Source: an uncultured Planctomycetota bacterium
Lineage (GTDB): Bacteria > Planctomycetota > Planctomycetia > Pirellulales > Lacipirellulaceae
NCBI GenBank assembly: GCA_963719315.1
Contig: CAVRBU010000004.1
Location: 608,001-672,000 of the forward strand
Length of the DNA: 64,000 bases
Direction of reading: 5' to 3'
This document shows positions 29,240 through 39,453 of this stretch, in pieces. Made by a program: the position numbers and the translations under genes. A model generated the notes under the pieces. The model worked only from the letters and a program-made list of their open reading frames with translations. It was not told the origin of the DNA and did no database searches. Every line of letters starts with the position of its first letter. Position 1 is the stretch's first letter.

Positions 29240-31932
29240 ATGCGGATCAGGAAGAGCAAACGAGTTTCATTGGCGAGTCTAACGGTCGTTGTATTGGCTT
29301 TGGCCGCGCTGTCGAGCACGGACCGGTCTGCGCTGCGCAGTGCGCCTTGGGAATTGACGTATCCGCATATCAAGGCAATATTTCGGCGGGCAACTGGACT
29401 ACGCTCCACACGACCAATAATAGGGATTTCGTTTTTATCCGCTCCAGCCGCGGCGGCACGACGGGCGAAGATCACCGGCAAGGCGGTTACCCGTCGGGGA
29501 ACAACACGTATTACAATCTTTCGGAGCGGTACGACGACCCCTACTTCGTGCAGAACATCAATCGCGCTACCGCGGCCGGGTTGTTTGCCGGGTCGTATCA
29601 TTTCTCGCGACCCGATGTCATCGCGAGCACGCCGAACTCGGGCGGCATCCCGAACAACGGCACCGACGAGGCCAATCACTTTATCCAAATGGCCGGCGCG
29701 TTCATGCGTCCCGGCTATTTGCCGCCGGTGCACGACTTCGAGGCGGGAGACGGCCTGCGGACCGACGACGAAATGGCGCAGTTCTGCATCGACTTTTCCA
29801 ACCGCATCTACGAAGTGATGGGCATCCGGCCTGCGATATACTCGAATGGGAATTACGCCGCCTACGTTATCGGCGAAGCTTCGGCTTCGCTGCAAAATGA
29901 GGTGGTGTCCGATTATCCGACATTGTGGAGCGCCCGCTGGCCGAACCAAGGCGATCCGAATTATATCCCCGCACCGACGGAGAATCCGAGCGATTCGTTT
30001 GCGCCGATTTACGGTCCGTGGGACGACGCTCCCAACCCCGCCCAACCGTGGAGTTTCTGGCAATACTCCAGCAGGCAGCGGCTCAGTGGATATGCCAACG
30101 GCGGCGCCAACATCGATGCCGACATCGCCAATGGCGGCATCGAATTCGTCAAAAACAATCTGATCCCCGCGTTGTGGATGAACGACAGTAGCGGCGATTG
30201 GAGTACGCTCGCCAATTGGAACAGCGGCCAGACACCCATCGCGCCCGTGAGTAGCCCGGGGCAACTGACGCCCATCGGAACGCAGACGCTTCCCACGCCG
30301 CGTCTGCCGGGCGCGGCAGGCAGCGGCCCGACGGCGGGGTCGAACGACACGGTCATCCTGGACCGCCCGAACGCCAATATCACCGTCACGCTCTCCTCTG
30401 GAACGCACAACATCCGCAAACTCTTTGCCCGCGAGGCGCTGAACATCACCGGGGGCTCATTGACGATTAACTATGACCCCGCCGTGGACCCCGCGGCGGG
30501 TCTCATCGCGGCGCAGTTCTCCGCGGCCGTCTCGCTCAGCGGCACGGGCAACTTGAGTGTGAATTCGTTGCAGGTGGACAACTCGCGGACCTTCACTCTC
30601 GGCGGCGGCACGCTGACGTTCAAGCAAATAAACCTCATGCCGCACAGCACGACGCCGGCAAAGATCGCCGTGACCGGCGACGTGAATATCAACCCATTGA
30701 GTAACGGCACGGCAACGATCGCCAATGGGAGCGGCGCGGGGAACACGGGCTTCGTAGACCTCGGCGGCGGCATTCGTGGATTTAACATCGGCAACGGCGG
30801 CGCGGATGTCGATTTGGATGTGGCCGTGCCGATCACCAATGGCGGCCTCACCAAGAGCGGCGCGGGCACGATGCGGCTCAGCGGCAACAACACGTTCTCG
30901 GGCGCCGTCACCATCAATGGCGGCGTGCTCCGCTACAACCATTCGTCCGGATTGCAAGCCTCGACGCTCGTCACCGTCAACAACGGCGGCACGCTGGATA
31001 TGAACGGCATCACCGATACGATTTCCGCCCTGGCCAGCGCGGCGGGCAACACGACGGGAACGGTTACGCAGGGCGCCGCCAGCATGGCGCTCTCCGCGAA
31101 CAGCGGCGCCTTCGATTTCGGCGGTACGATCACTGGCTCGGGCACACTCACCAAGAGCGGAGCGGCCACCCAAATTCTATCGGGCAACAGCAGTCTCGGA
31201 CCCGTCAACATCACCGCCGGCAAAATGCTCTTCAACGGGGCGAGTACCACCGGCAACGTCACCGTGAGCACAAATGGAATTCTCGGAGGGACGGGCTCGG
31301 TGTCGGGAACCGTCATCGTCAATAACACGGGGCACATTGCTCCCGGTGCGAGCATCGAATCGCTTGGCGTTGGCGCGCTGACGCTCAACACCGGCTCGGT
31401 GCTCGACTTCGAGCTCGGAGCCGGCGGCGCGATCGATCTGATCAACGTCACCGGCCTGCTCAACATCGCCGGCAGCAGCACCGTGAACCTGGCTGATTTG
31501 GGCGGCATGGCGCCCGGCTTATACACGCTCATCGATTACGGAACGATTAGCGGCGGCGTGGCCAGTTTGGGCACGCCCTCCGGACCGAGCAACTTCAAGT
31601 ACGGCTTGATTGATACGGGAAGCGCGATCAACCTGCTGGTCTCGCTGTTCGGCGATTTCAACTTCGATAACAAGGTCGATGGGGCCGACTATGCCGTGTG
31701 GCGCAATGGTTTGGGCACGACCTATACCCAAACAGACTACAACGACTGGCGAGCCCATTTTGGGGAGGTTGCCGGTAGCGGTTCGGCACTGGGGTCGGGC
31801 GCGGTTCCCGAACCGGCGACGGCCATCCTGTTACTCGGCGGATTGCTCCCGTTCGTGGCCCGGCGACGTCATCGGCTCGAACGCCCGATCGCGGCGACCC
31901 CCTGCGGCACGCATTCACCAATTGCGCAATAA
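29240..31932 (+). CDS. GH25 muramidase with autotransporter-associated beta-strand repeats, dockerin-like and PEP-CTERM tail; frameshift near 29336
   Basis: Signal peptide MRIRKSKRVSLASLTVVVLALAAL from ATG 29240; body in ORF 29152: GIDVSAYQG, GSYHFSRP, PPVHDFE, FWQYSS, NIDAD; LTKSGAGTMRLSGNNTFSG repeats; VPEPA-TM-RRR. Confidence 0.85.
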
Positions 31933-32091
31933 CGCGAGCAAGCTGCGCAGTCGCCCCTGCAACTTTCCTGGCGACTGAGTTATCCTAAGCAATACGGGCC
32001 TCTCGATACCCGTCTGCTTCTGGCGTTTTTTTGCGAAGCAGTCCGGTGAGTGACCACAAGCGAAGCGGTTACGCAAAGCATAGGAGAATCA

Positions 32092-33659
32092 ATGCGCTCA
32101 TTTTGCCTCGATCGTGACATTGCCTTGTCGCGGCTTCTGCTTACGTGGGGCATTGCCACTCTTGTTTGTACCGCGAATTACGCGGTGGCCCAGCGCCGCG
32201 GCGATGGCGCCACCCCACCGCCTGCGGCACGCGAGTTTCGCGGCGCATGGGTCGCCACGGTCGAAAACATCGACTGGCCGTCGAGTTCCGGCTTGTCTGG
32301 GGACGAGCAGCAACGCGAGATGATCGCGATCCTGGATAAGTGCGTCGAGTTGAACCTGAATGCGGTGATCTTTCAAATTCGTACACAGGCCGACGCCCTG
32401 TACGCGTCCAAACTGGAACCCTGGTCGGAATTCATATCGGGGCGCATGGGCGAGCCGCCGAAGCCGTATTACGACCCGCTCGAGTTCGCGGTCGCCGAAG
32501 CCCATCGCCGTGGCTTGCAGCTTCACGTGTGGTTCAATCCGTATCGCGTTCGCGTGCCGGGTGCGAAAGGCCCGGCATCGCCCGACCACGCAAGCGTCGC
32601 CCACGCGAACATCGTGCGGGAATACGGAAAGTACTTGTGGTTCGACCCGGGTGAGCCGGCTGCCGAGGACTACTTCATCGCGGTGCTCAACGACGTCGTG
32701 AAGCGTTACGACATCGACGGAGTACACATCGACGATTATTTCTATCCGTATCAAGTGAAAGACAAGGAGGGCAAAGTCGTGCCCTTCCCCGACGACGAAA
32801 GCTACCAGCGGGCCCAATCGAAGGGTGAAACGCTCGAGCGCGATGACTGGCGAAGACAAAACGTTGATCACTTGATTCACCGTATGTACGAGGAGGTGAA
32901 AAAAGCCAAGCCCTGGGTACTTGTGGGCATCAGTCCGTTTGGCATCTGGCGGCCCGGCAACCCGCCCGGAATCGTCGGCTTCGATCAATACAGCACGCTC
33001 TATGCCGATGCTCGCAAATGGGAGCAACAGGGCTGGCTCGACTACCTCACGCCGCAACTCTATTGGCAAGTCGAAAGCAAGGGGCAGAGCTACCCGAAAT
33101 TGCTCGGTTGGTGGTCGGAGCAAAACGTGAAGAAGCGCCACCTCTGGCCGGGCAACTTCACGTCGAAAATTCAACGGAAGCCGAAAGATACAGACAAGGA
33201 ATCGACTTGGACGGCCGACGAGTTGATTCGTCAGATCGAGGCCACGCGGGCCACGCCCGGCGCGACGGGAAACGTCCACTTCAGCATGAAGGCATTCTTG
33301 CAAGATCGTGATGGCATCAACGAGAAACTCAAGAACGGCCTGTACGCCGAGCCTGCACTCGTGCCGGAATCTCCCTGGTTGGGCAAAGAGACACCGGCAA
33401 AGCCGGACGTTTCCGCCCGACTCGCCGATGGCGGCGTCGCCGTCAAGATGAACGTGCCGCGCGGCACGCGCCATGGCAGTGGTTGGTCCGCACGCAAACG
33501 GCCGACGGCTGGAAGACGGCAATCGTGCCTGGCAGGGAACACGGCCACGTGCTAAATCTGGCGGATGGGGCCGAGCCAAAAGCCGTGTTCGTCTCGGCCA
33601 TTTCCCGGCTGGGCCGCGAAGGCAAACCGGCTCGCGCGGAGATCAGCAAGCGCGATTAA
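32092..33659 (+). CDS. GHL10/DUF187 glycoside hydrolase (YddW/DigH-like); frameshift near 33468
   Basis: AGGAG RBS; REFRGAWVATVENIDWPS, FQIR..ADALY.S..EPWS, HVWFNPYR, YDIDGVHIDDYFYPY, GISPFGIW, DYLTPQLYW; C-terminus in a shifted frame PWQWLVR...SAISRLGREG...KRD*. Confidence 0.88.
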
Positions 33660-33663
33660 GCAC

Positions 33664-35553
33664 ATGGCGGCCGATCCCAACTCGAACAGCGATTCGAACA
33701 TTCTAGAGTCTCGCGGTCCCTGGTGGTGGGTTCCCAGCCTGTACTTCGCACAGGGCGTGCCGTATGTCGTTGTGATGACGGTTGCCGTCATCATGTTCAA
33801 GAGGCTCGGCGTGGCCAACCCACAAATCGCGCTGTACACCAGTTGGCTGTATTTGCCGTATGCGATCAAGCCGCTGTGGAGCCCGCTTGTGCAGCGGATC
33901 GGCACGCGCCGCGGCTGGGTTGTGGTAATGCAGTTGTTGGTGGCTGTCGGACTCGCGTGCGCCGCATGTGCGATTCCGCTCGATAGCTTTTTGCGCTGGA
34001 GCCTGGTGGCTTTGGCATCCGTGGCCATTTGTTCGGCCACGCACGACGTAGCGGCCGACGGATTCTATCTGCTTGCCTTGACCAGCCATCAACAGGCGTG
34101 GTTCGTCGGCATCCGTAGCACCGCCTATCGCATGGCGATGATTGCCGGACAAGGGCTGCTGGTCATGTTGGCGGGAGCGCTCGAAGCCTCAACGGGACTG
34201 CCAGTGATCGAGATCCAAGTCCGTGCCGTCGACCACGCTCCTCCGCAGGCCTCCTTCACACCAGATGAGTTTACACTCGACGATCATCAAGATGCGCACG
34301 GCATCTTGCCGAGCGCGCAGGTTTTCGAAGTCGGCCTCACTGGAAAACAAGCGTCAGAAGTGAAATCGCTAAAGGACGCCGTGCGGCAATGGAACGTCGA
34401 TCACGGCTTCTATCCGGCTCCCCCAGCTCCGCCAAAACAGGAAAAGACGAGTTGGCTGCCTCAGTTGGAAGACTTCATTCGTCGCCGATTCGGGCCGCCG
34501 AAGGATGCGGTCGTCCAAGCCAGCGATCGATCCGGCGACGTCGCCGTCGTGATGATGCGGCTAGCACAACCGGTTGGCGCGGGTGAGCAACAGGTCGTGC
34601 AATTCGGTCGAGAGGGCGGCGACAGCAATTTTGACGTCGTCGAAGGCGACCGTTTCGTATTGACCGAAGCAAACTGGAAAGCTCCCTTCGCGGCAGTGGT
34701 CCAGGTCGATGCCAAGCTCGGTCGACCCTCGCAGGCGACGTTCCAGATTCGTTCGGGCAATTTACGGCTAGCGTGGTCGGCGACGTTCTTTGTCGTCGCT
34801 GCCGCATTTCTAGCCTTTTGCATTTACCATTACTTTGCGTTGCCTCGCCCCGCAGCCGATGTTGCTTCACTCGCCATCGCAGAGTCTTCGGGAATCGAAC
34901 TTACTGGCTTTCTGGTTCCATTCGTTGAGTTCTTCCGCAAGCAGCGCATCGTTGCAATTTTGGCGTTCTTATTGCTCTATCGATTCCCCGAGGCCCAACT
35001 CGTAAAACTAGCGACGCCGTTCCTGCTCGATTCACGTGAAGCGGGCGGACTCGCGTTAACCACGTCTGAAGTCGGCATCGTGTACGGCACCGTCGGCGTG
35101 GCGATGCTGACGATCGGCGGCGTGCTTGGCGGATTTCTTGCCGCGGCCGGTGGCCTGGGACGCTGTCTCTGGCCCATGGCGCTTGCGATTCACTTGCCCA
35201 ACCTGGCGTTTTTGTTCTTGGCCTATGCGCAGCCGGAAAGCCGCGTGTTGATTACCGCGGCCGTCGCTATCGAGCAGTTCGGGTATGGTTTCGGCTTTAC
35301 GGCGTACATGTTGTATTGCGTGTACGTGGCCACCGGCAAACACCAAACTGTGCACTACGCGCTGTGCACGGGTTGCATGGCGCTCGGCATGATGATCCCC
35401 GGCATGTGGAGTGGGTGGCTGCAGAATCTCATTGGCTACCGACACTTTTTCGTGTGGATCATGCTGGCGATGATTCCTAGCTTGTTGACCGTGGCCTTCA
35501 TACCGATTGACCCGAACTTCGGTAGAAAAACTAGCACGGAACCGACCGGGTAA
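33664..35553 (+). CDS. ampG: AmpG-family MFS muropeptide permease with a large soluble insertion
   Basis: PWWWVPSLYFAQGVPY, LPYAIKPLWSPLV, SATHDVAADGFY, GIRSTAYR, EQFGYGFGFTAYMLY, HYALCTG.MALGMMIPG. Confidence 0.85.
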   Translation: MAADPNSNSDSNILESRGPWWWVPSLYFAQGVPYVVVMTVAVIMFKRLGVANPQIALYTSWLYLPYAIKPLWSPLVQRIGTRRGWVVVMQLLVAVGLACAACAIPLDSFLRWSLVALASVAICSATHDVAADGFYLLALTSHQQAWFVGIRSTAYRMAMIAGQGLLVMLAGALEASTGLPVIEIQVRAVDHAPPQASFTPDEFTLDDHQDAHGILPSAQVFEVGLTGKQASEVKSLKDAVRQWNVDHGFYPAPPAPPKQEKTSWLPQLEDFIRRRFGPPKDAVVQASDRSGDVAVVMMRLAQPVGAGEQQVVQFGREGGDSNFDVVEGDRFVLTEANWKAPFAAVVQVDAKLGRPSQATFQIRSGNLRLAWSATFFVVAAAFLAFCIYHYFALPRPAADVASLAIAESSGIELTGFLVPFVEFFRKQRIVAILAFLLLYRFPEAQLVKLATPFLLDSREAGGLALTTSEVGIVYGTVGVAMLTIGGVLGGFLAAAGGLGRCLWPMALAIHLPNLAFLFLAYAQPESRVLITAAVAIEQFGYGFGFTAYMLYCVYVATGKHQTVHYALCTGCMALGMMIPGMWSGWLQNLIGYRHFFVWIMLAMIPSLLTVAFIPIDPNFGRKTSTEPTG

Positions 35554-35559
35554 ACGACT

Positions 35560-37120
35560 ATGTGCGCGGTTTCCGCCAAATTTAGCTCGCCGGCACAAAT
35601 GTCGCTGCGCGAAAAGATCGCGCAGCTCATCTTCGTGCGACTCGGATCGAATCTGCCGCCGATTCGCACCGCCGAACAGGACGAAGAGCGGATCGCGCGG
35701 CTGCTGGATGAGTGCTCTGTTGGCGGTCTGCTCTTGTTCAATGGCGGGCCGAAAACCAAGCAGACACTAGAGCGGCTGCAACAGCGATCGGCGGTGCCGC
35801 TCTTGGTCGCTGCAGACATCGAGCGCGGCGTCGGGCAGCAGGTCCAGGGCTATACGCTATTTCCGCACGCCATGGCGTTCGGCACGATGAACGAATCGGA
35901 CGGCGATTCAGCCATTCACCGATTTGCCGAGATTCTCGTTCATGAAGCGCGCGAAGTGGGAATTCACATTACTTTCGGACCAGTCGCAGACGTCAGCACC
36001 AATCCGCGGAACCCGATTATTGTCACGCGCGCATTCAGCGACGATGCCGAGCGAGTCTCGCAATTGGTCGCACAGTTTGTCGAAATGGTTCAGTCTCGCG
36101 GTGTTCACGCCACGGCAAAACATTTTCCCGGTCACGGCGACACGGAAAAAGACTCCCACGACTCGCTGCCAAGCGTCGCACGCACTTATGAACAACTCAC
36201 TTCCTGCGAGCTAATGCCCTTCCGAGCGGCGATCGATGTCGGCTGCCGGTTGATCATGACGGCCCACGTCGCGTATCCGACGCTCGATCCAAGCGGCACA
36301 CCGGCCACGCTTTCTCCCATCATCGTGAAGAGGTTGCTGCGCGAAGAGATGAGTTTTCAGGGCGTGGTCTGCTCAGACAGTTTGCTGATGGCCGGTGTTC
36401 GCGATCGATTTGATTCGGAGGGCGAAGTCGCCCATGCGGCTATCGCGGCCGGCGTCGATCTTTTGCTCGACGTCGAAGATCCGAAATCGGTGGTGGATTA
36501 TCTTTGCGATTGCGTAGCCGATGGAAAACTCACCTTGCATCGTATCGATGAATCGCTCGAGCGCGTGTGGAAGTTGAAGACATCGCGCTACGACATCCCC
36601 TGGGAAGAATTTACGCGCACCAGTGTCGAATTTGTTGCGCAAGGCGATTCGATTGATAGGTGGCCCCAATCGCCCTGCCCTGCCCTTCGACCCCGACAAA
36701 TCGCTCGGCGCCATTTTGTTGAGACCGTTCGAGACGCCAAGCGACCCGCCCGAGCAGCCGTTGGCGGCAGCGCTACGCGAAAGATTTCGAGGTGTGAAAT
36801 ATGTGCAACTCGGGCCGCAAGCGAATGCCGCTGATTACAAAGCGGCCGAGGATTTGGTCCGCGGTTCACAACAATTGATCTTGGCGATCGTTGTGCGGCC
36901 AGCCGCGTGGCATGCGTTCGGTTTGCTGCCCGAACAAACGAATTTCGCTCACCGGCTGCTTCGCGAGCACGGCAACGTGATCGTCGCGTCGCTCGGGGTG
37001 CCCTCCGTTTTACAGGATTACCCGGAAGCTGCGGTCTGGATTTGCACCTATAGCGACGCGCCCGTTTCGCAGCGGGCGTTGGTCGACTTCCTCCTTTCAG
37101 ACGGAATGCCTGACGAATAG
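35560..37120 (+). CDS. nagZ: GH3 beta-N-acetylglucosaminidase; frameshift near 36640
   Basis: AADIERG, FGPVADV, RAFS, KHFPGHGDTEKDSH, IMTAHV, CSDSLLM; C-terminal domain in ORF 36623-37120. Confidence 0.85.
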
Positions 37121-37213
37121 ACTGCACCTCGAAAGGTTGAACATTTGATGCGCGGACCGTTAGAATGGGGCAGTCAAAGCATACTTCAGACAGACAGGGA
37201 ATTCGGAGCTTCA

Positions 37214-38275
37214 ATGGCCGATCGCCGCATAGTCATTCTTACTGATGGCCGCACCACGCCGACCGGCGCGAAGACCGCGTCGTGCGTGATGCGCTACAAG
37301 CCGAATGAAGTCGTTGCCCTGCTCGACACAACACAACCCGGCCGCACGGCGGGCGAGTTGCTCGGTGTTGGCGGCTCGATCCCGGTCGTCGCCAAACTGG
37401 CCGATGCGCCCGGCGCCAATACGCTGCTCATCGGCATCGCGCCCAGCGGCGGGAAACTGCCCCCTGCTTGGCGAAGAATTCTGCTGGAAGCGATCGATCG
37501 CGGCATGAACCTCGTCTCTGGCCTGCACGATTTTCTGTCGAACGATCCAGAGATCGCCGCGGCCGCCGCGAAAAAAGGCGTCCAGATTCAAGACGTTCGC
37601 AAAAACAACGAACGCGATGTCTCAAATCGCACCAACCTCCGCGAAGACTGCCTGCGAATTCATACCGTCGGTCAGGATTGCTCGGTCGGCAAGATGCTCA
37701 CTTCCGTCGAACTGACGCACGGCCTCAAGAAGCGCGGCTATGACGCGAAGTTCATCGCCACGGGCCAGACCGGCATCATGATCGAGGGCGACGGTTGCCC
37801 GGTCGACTGCGTGGTGAGCGACTTCGTGAATGGAGCGGTCGAGAAACTAATCCTCGCCAACCAGCATCACGAAATCCTTCTGATCGAAGGTCAGGGCGCG
37901 TTATCGCATCCCCGGTATTCGGCCGTCACGCTGGGCCTCCTCCACGGCTGCGTGCCGCACGGAATGATCATGGTTTACGAAGCGGGCCGCAAAAACGTGA
38001 GCGGCATGGAATACATCCCGCTCACGCCACTTAAGAAGCTCGTTGAAGTGAATGAGATGATGGCCTCGCTGGCGTTCCCCTCGAAGGTAATCGGCGTGGC
38101 AATGAACAGCCGGCTGTTATCACCAGAGGAAACCGAGGCCGAACGTGACCGCGTCCGGCGCGAGCTTGGCGTGCCGGTGTGCGATGTAATTCGCCACGGG
38201 CCGGGCGATCTGCTCGACGCTATCTTGGCCTATCGACAAAAGTTGTTTCCACATTTAACGGCCAAGGCCGGATAG
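37214..38275 (+). CDS. DUF1611 P-loop protein (DgcN-like, putative D-glutamate N-acetyltransferase)
   Basis: AKTA, IGIAPSGGKLP, VSGLH.FL, TVGQDCSVGKM, ATGQTGIMI, IEGQGALSHPRYS.VT.GLLHG; adjacent to an epimerase. Confidence 0.85.
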   Translation: MADRRIVILTDGRTTPTGAKTASCVMRYKPNEVVALLDTTQPGRTAGELLGVGGSIPVVAKLADAPGANTLLIGIAPSGGKLPPAWRRILLEAIDRGMNLVSGLHDFLSNDPEIAAAAAKKGVQIQDVRKNNERDVSNRTNLREDCLRIHTVGQDCSVGKMLTSVELTHGLKKRGYDAKFIATGQTGIMIEGDGCPVDCVVSDFVNGAVEKLILANQHHEILLIEGQGALSHPRYSAVTLGLLHGCVPHGMIMVYEAGRKNVSGMEYIPLTPLKKLVEVNEMMASLAFPSKVIGVAMNSRLLSPEETEAERDRVRRELGVPVCDVIRHGPGDLLDAILAYRQKLFPHLTAKAG

Positions 38276-38357
38276 TTGGCCAGCCGCACCGCAGCGGATT
38301 GAAGTGCCGCTACTTAGCTCGACTACAATTGCCGTTCGGCTCGCGGCGTCAATAAAG

Positions 38358-39392
38358 ATGAAGCTCGCTTACAAGAAATTCGACCTGCCGCTCAAACACG
38401 TGTTCACGATTTCCCGTGGCTCGACGACGGTGCAAGACACGCTCATCGTTCAACTCGAGTCCGACGGCAATTTCGGCTACGGCGAATCAACGACCAATTC
38501 GTTCTACGGTGCGACGTTCGCCAACATGACGTCGACGATTGAATCCGTGCGAGCGCTCGTCGAAGGCGCGTCGCTCGACGACCCGCTCGCACTCATCGCC
38601 AAACTGACCAAGAACGTACCCGCTGAAAAATACGCCAACTTCGCCCTCAACGCCCTCGACTTGGCGATCCACGACCTGTGGGGCAAACTCCGCGGGGCGC
38701 CGGTATACAAACTATGGGGACTATCGACCGACAGAATTCCGGCCTCCGATTACACTCTCGGCATCGATACGCCGGAGAAGATGGTTGCCAAGCTCAAAGA
38801 AATGCCGGGCTGGCCCGTTTACAAGATCAAACTGGGCACGGCCGACGACCTGTCGATCGTTCGCGAGTTGCGGAGACACACCGACGCGCTGTTTCGCGTC
38901 GACGCCAACTGTGGCTGGACCGCCGAGCAAACGATCGAATTTGCGCCGGAGCTTAAGGAGCTGGGCGTGGAGTTCATCGAGCAGCCGCTGCCACCGGAAG
39001 ACGTCGAAGGCGCCCGGCGAGCGTTCGCTAAATCCGCATTGCCGCTGATTGCCGACGAGAGCTGTATCACGGAAAGCGATGTCGAGCGCTGCGCGGGCGC
39101 TTTCCACGGCATCAACATCAAACTGGTGAAGTGCGGCGGCCTGGCGACCGCCCGGCGGATGATCACCCGCGCCCGCGAGTTGGATCTAAAGGTTATGGTT
39201 GGTTGCATGACGGAATCGACCGTCGGCATTTCGGCGATTGCCCAACTGTTGCCGTTGTTGGATTACGTAGATATGGACGGCGCCGTGCTCCTGGCGAAAG
39301 ACATCGCCACCGGCGTCCGTCTCGACCGCGGCAAATGCATCTATCCGAACGTCAATGGCACCGGCGCGCAATTGATCGGCGGGCCGATTTGA
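38358..39392 (+). CDS. L-Ala-D/L-Glu dipeptide epimerase (enolase superfamily; YcjG/YkfB/DgcA-like)
   Basis: FTISRG, KIKLG, VDANCGW, EQP, ADESC, NIKLVKCGG, GCMTES, DMDG. Confidence 0.9.
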   Translation: MKLAYKKFDLPLKHVFTISRGSTTVQDTLIVQLESDGNFGYGESTTNSFYGATFANMTSTIESVRALVEGASLDDPLALIAKLTKNVPAEKYANFALNALDLAIHDLWGKLRGAPVYKLWGLSTDRIPASDYTLGIDTPEKMVAKLKEMPGWPVYKIKLGTADDLSIVRELRRHTDALFRVDANCGWTAEQTIEFAPELKELGVEFIEQPLPPEDVEGARRAFAKSALPLIADESCITESDVERCAGAFHGINIKLVKCGGLATARRMITRARELDLKVMVGCMTESTVGISAIAQLLPLLDYVDMDGAVLLAKDIATGVRLDRGKCIYPNVNGTGAQLIGGPI

Positions 39393-39453
39393 GCCCTCAA
39401 GAATACGAAGCAATGCCTAACCCGAAAGTTCTCGTAGCATCGTGAGTTCCAAT

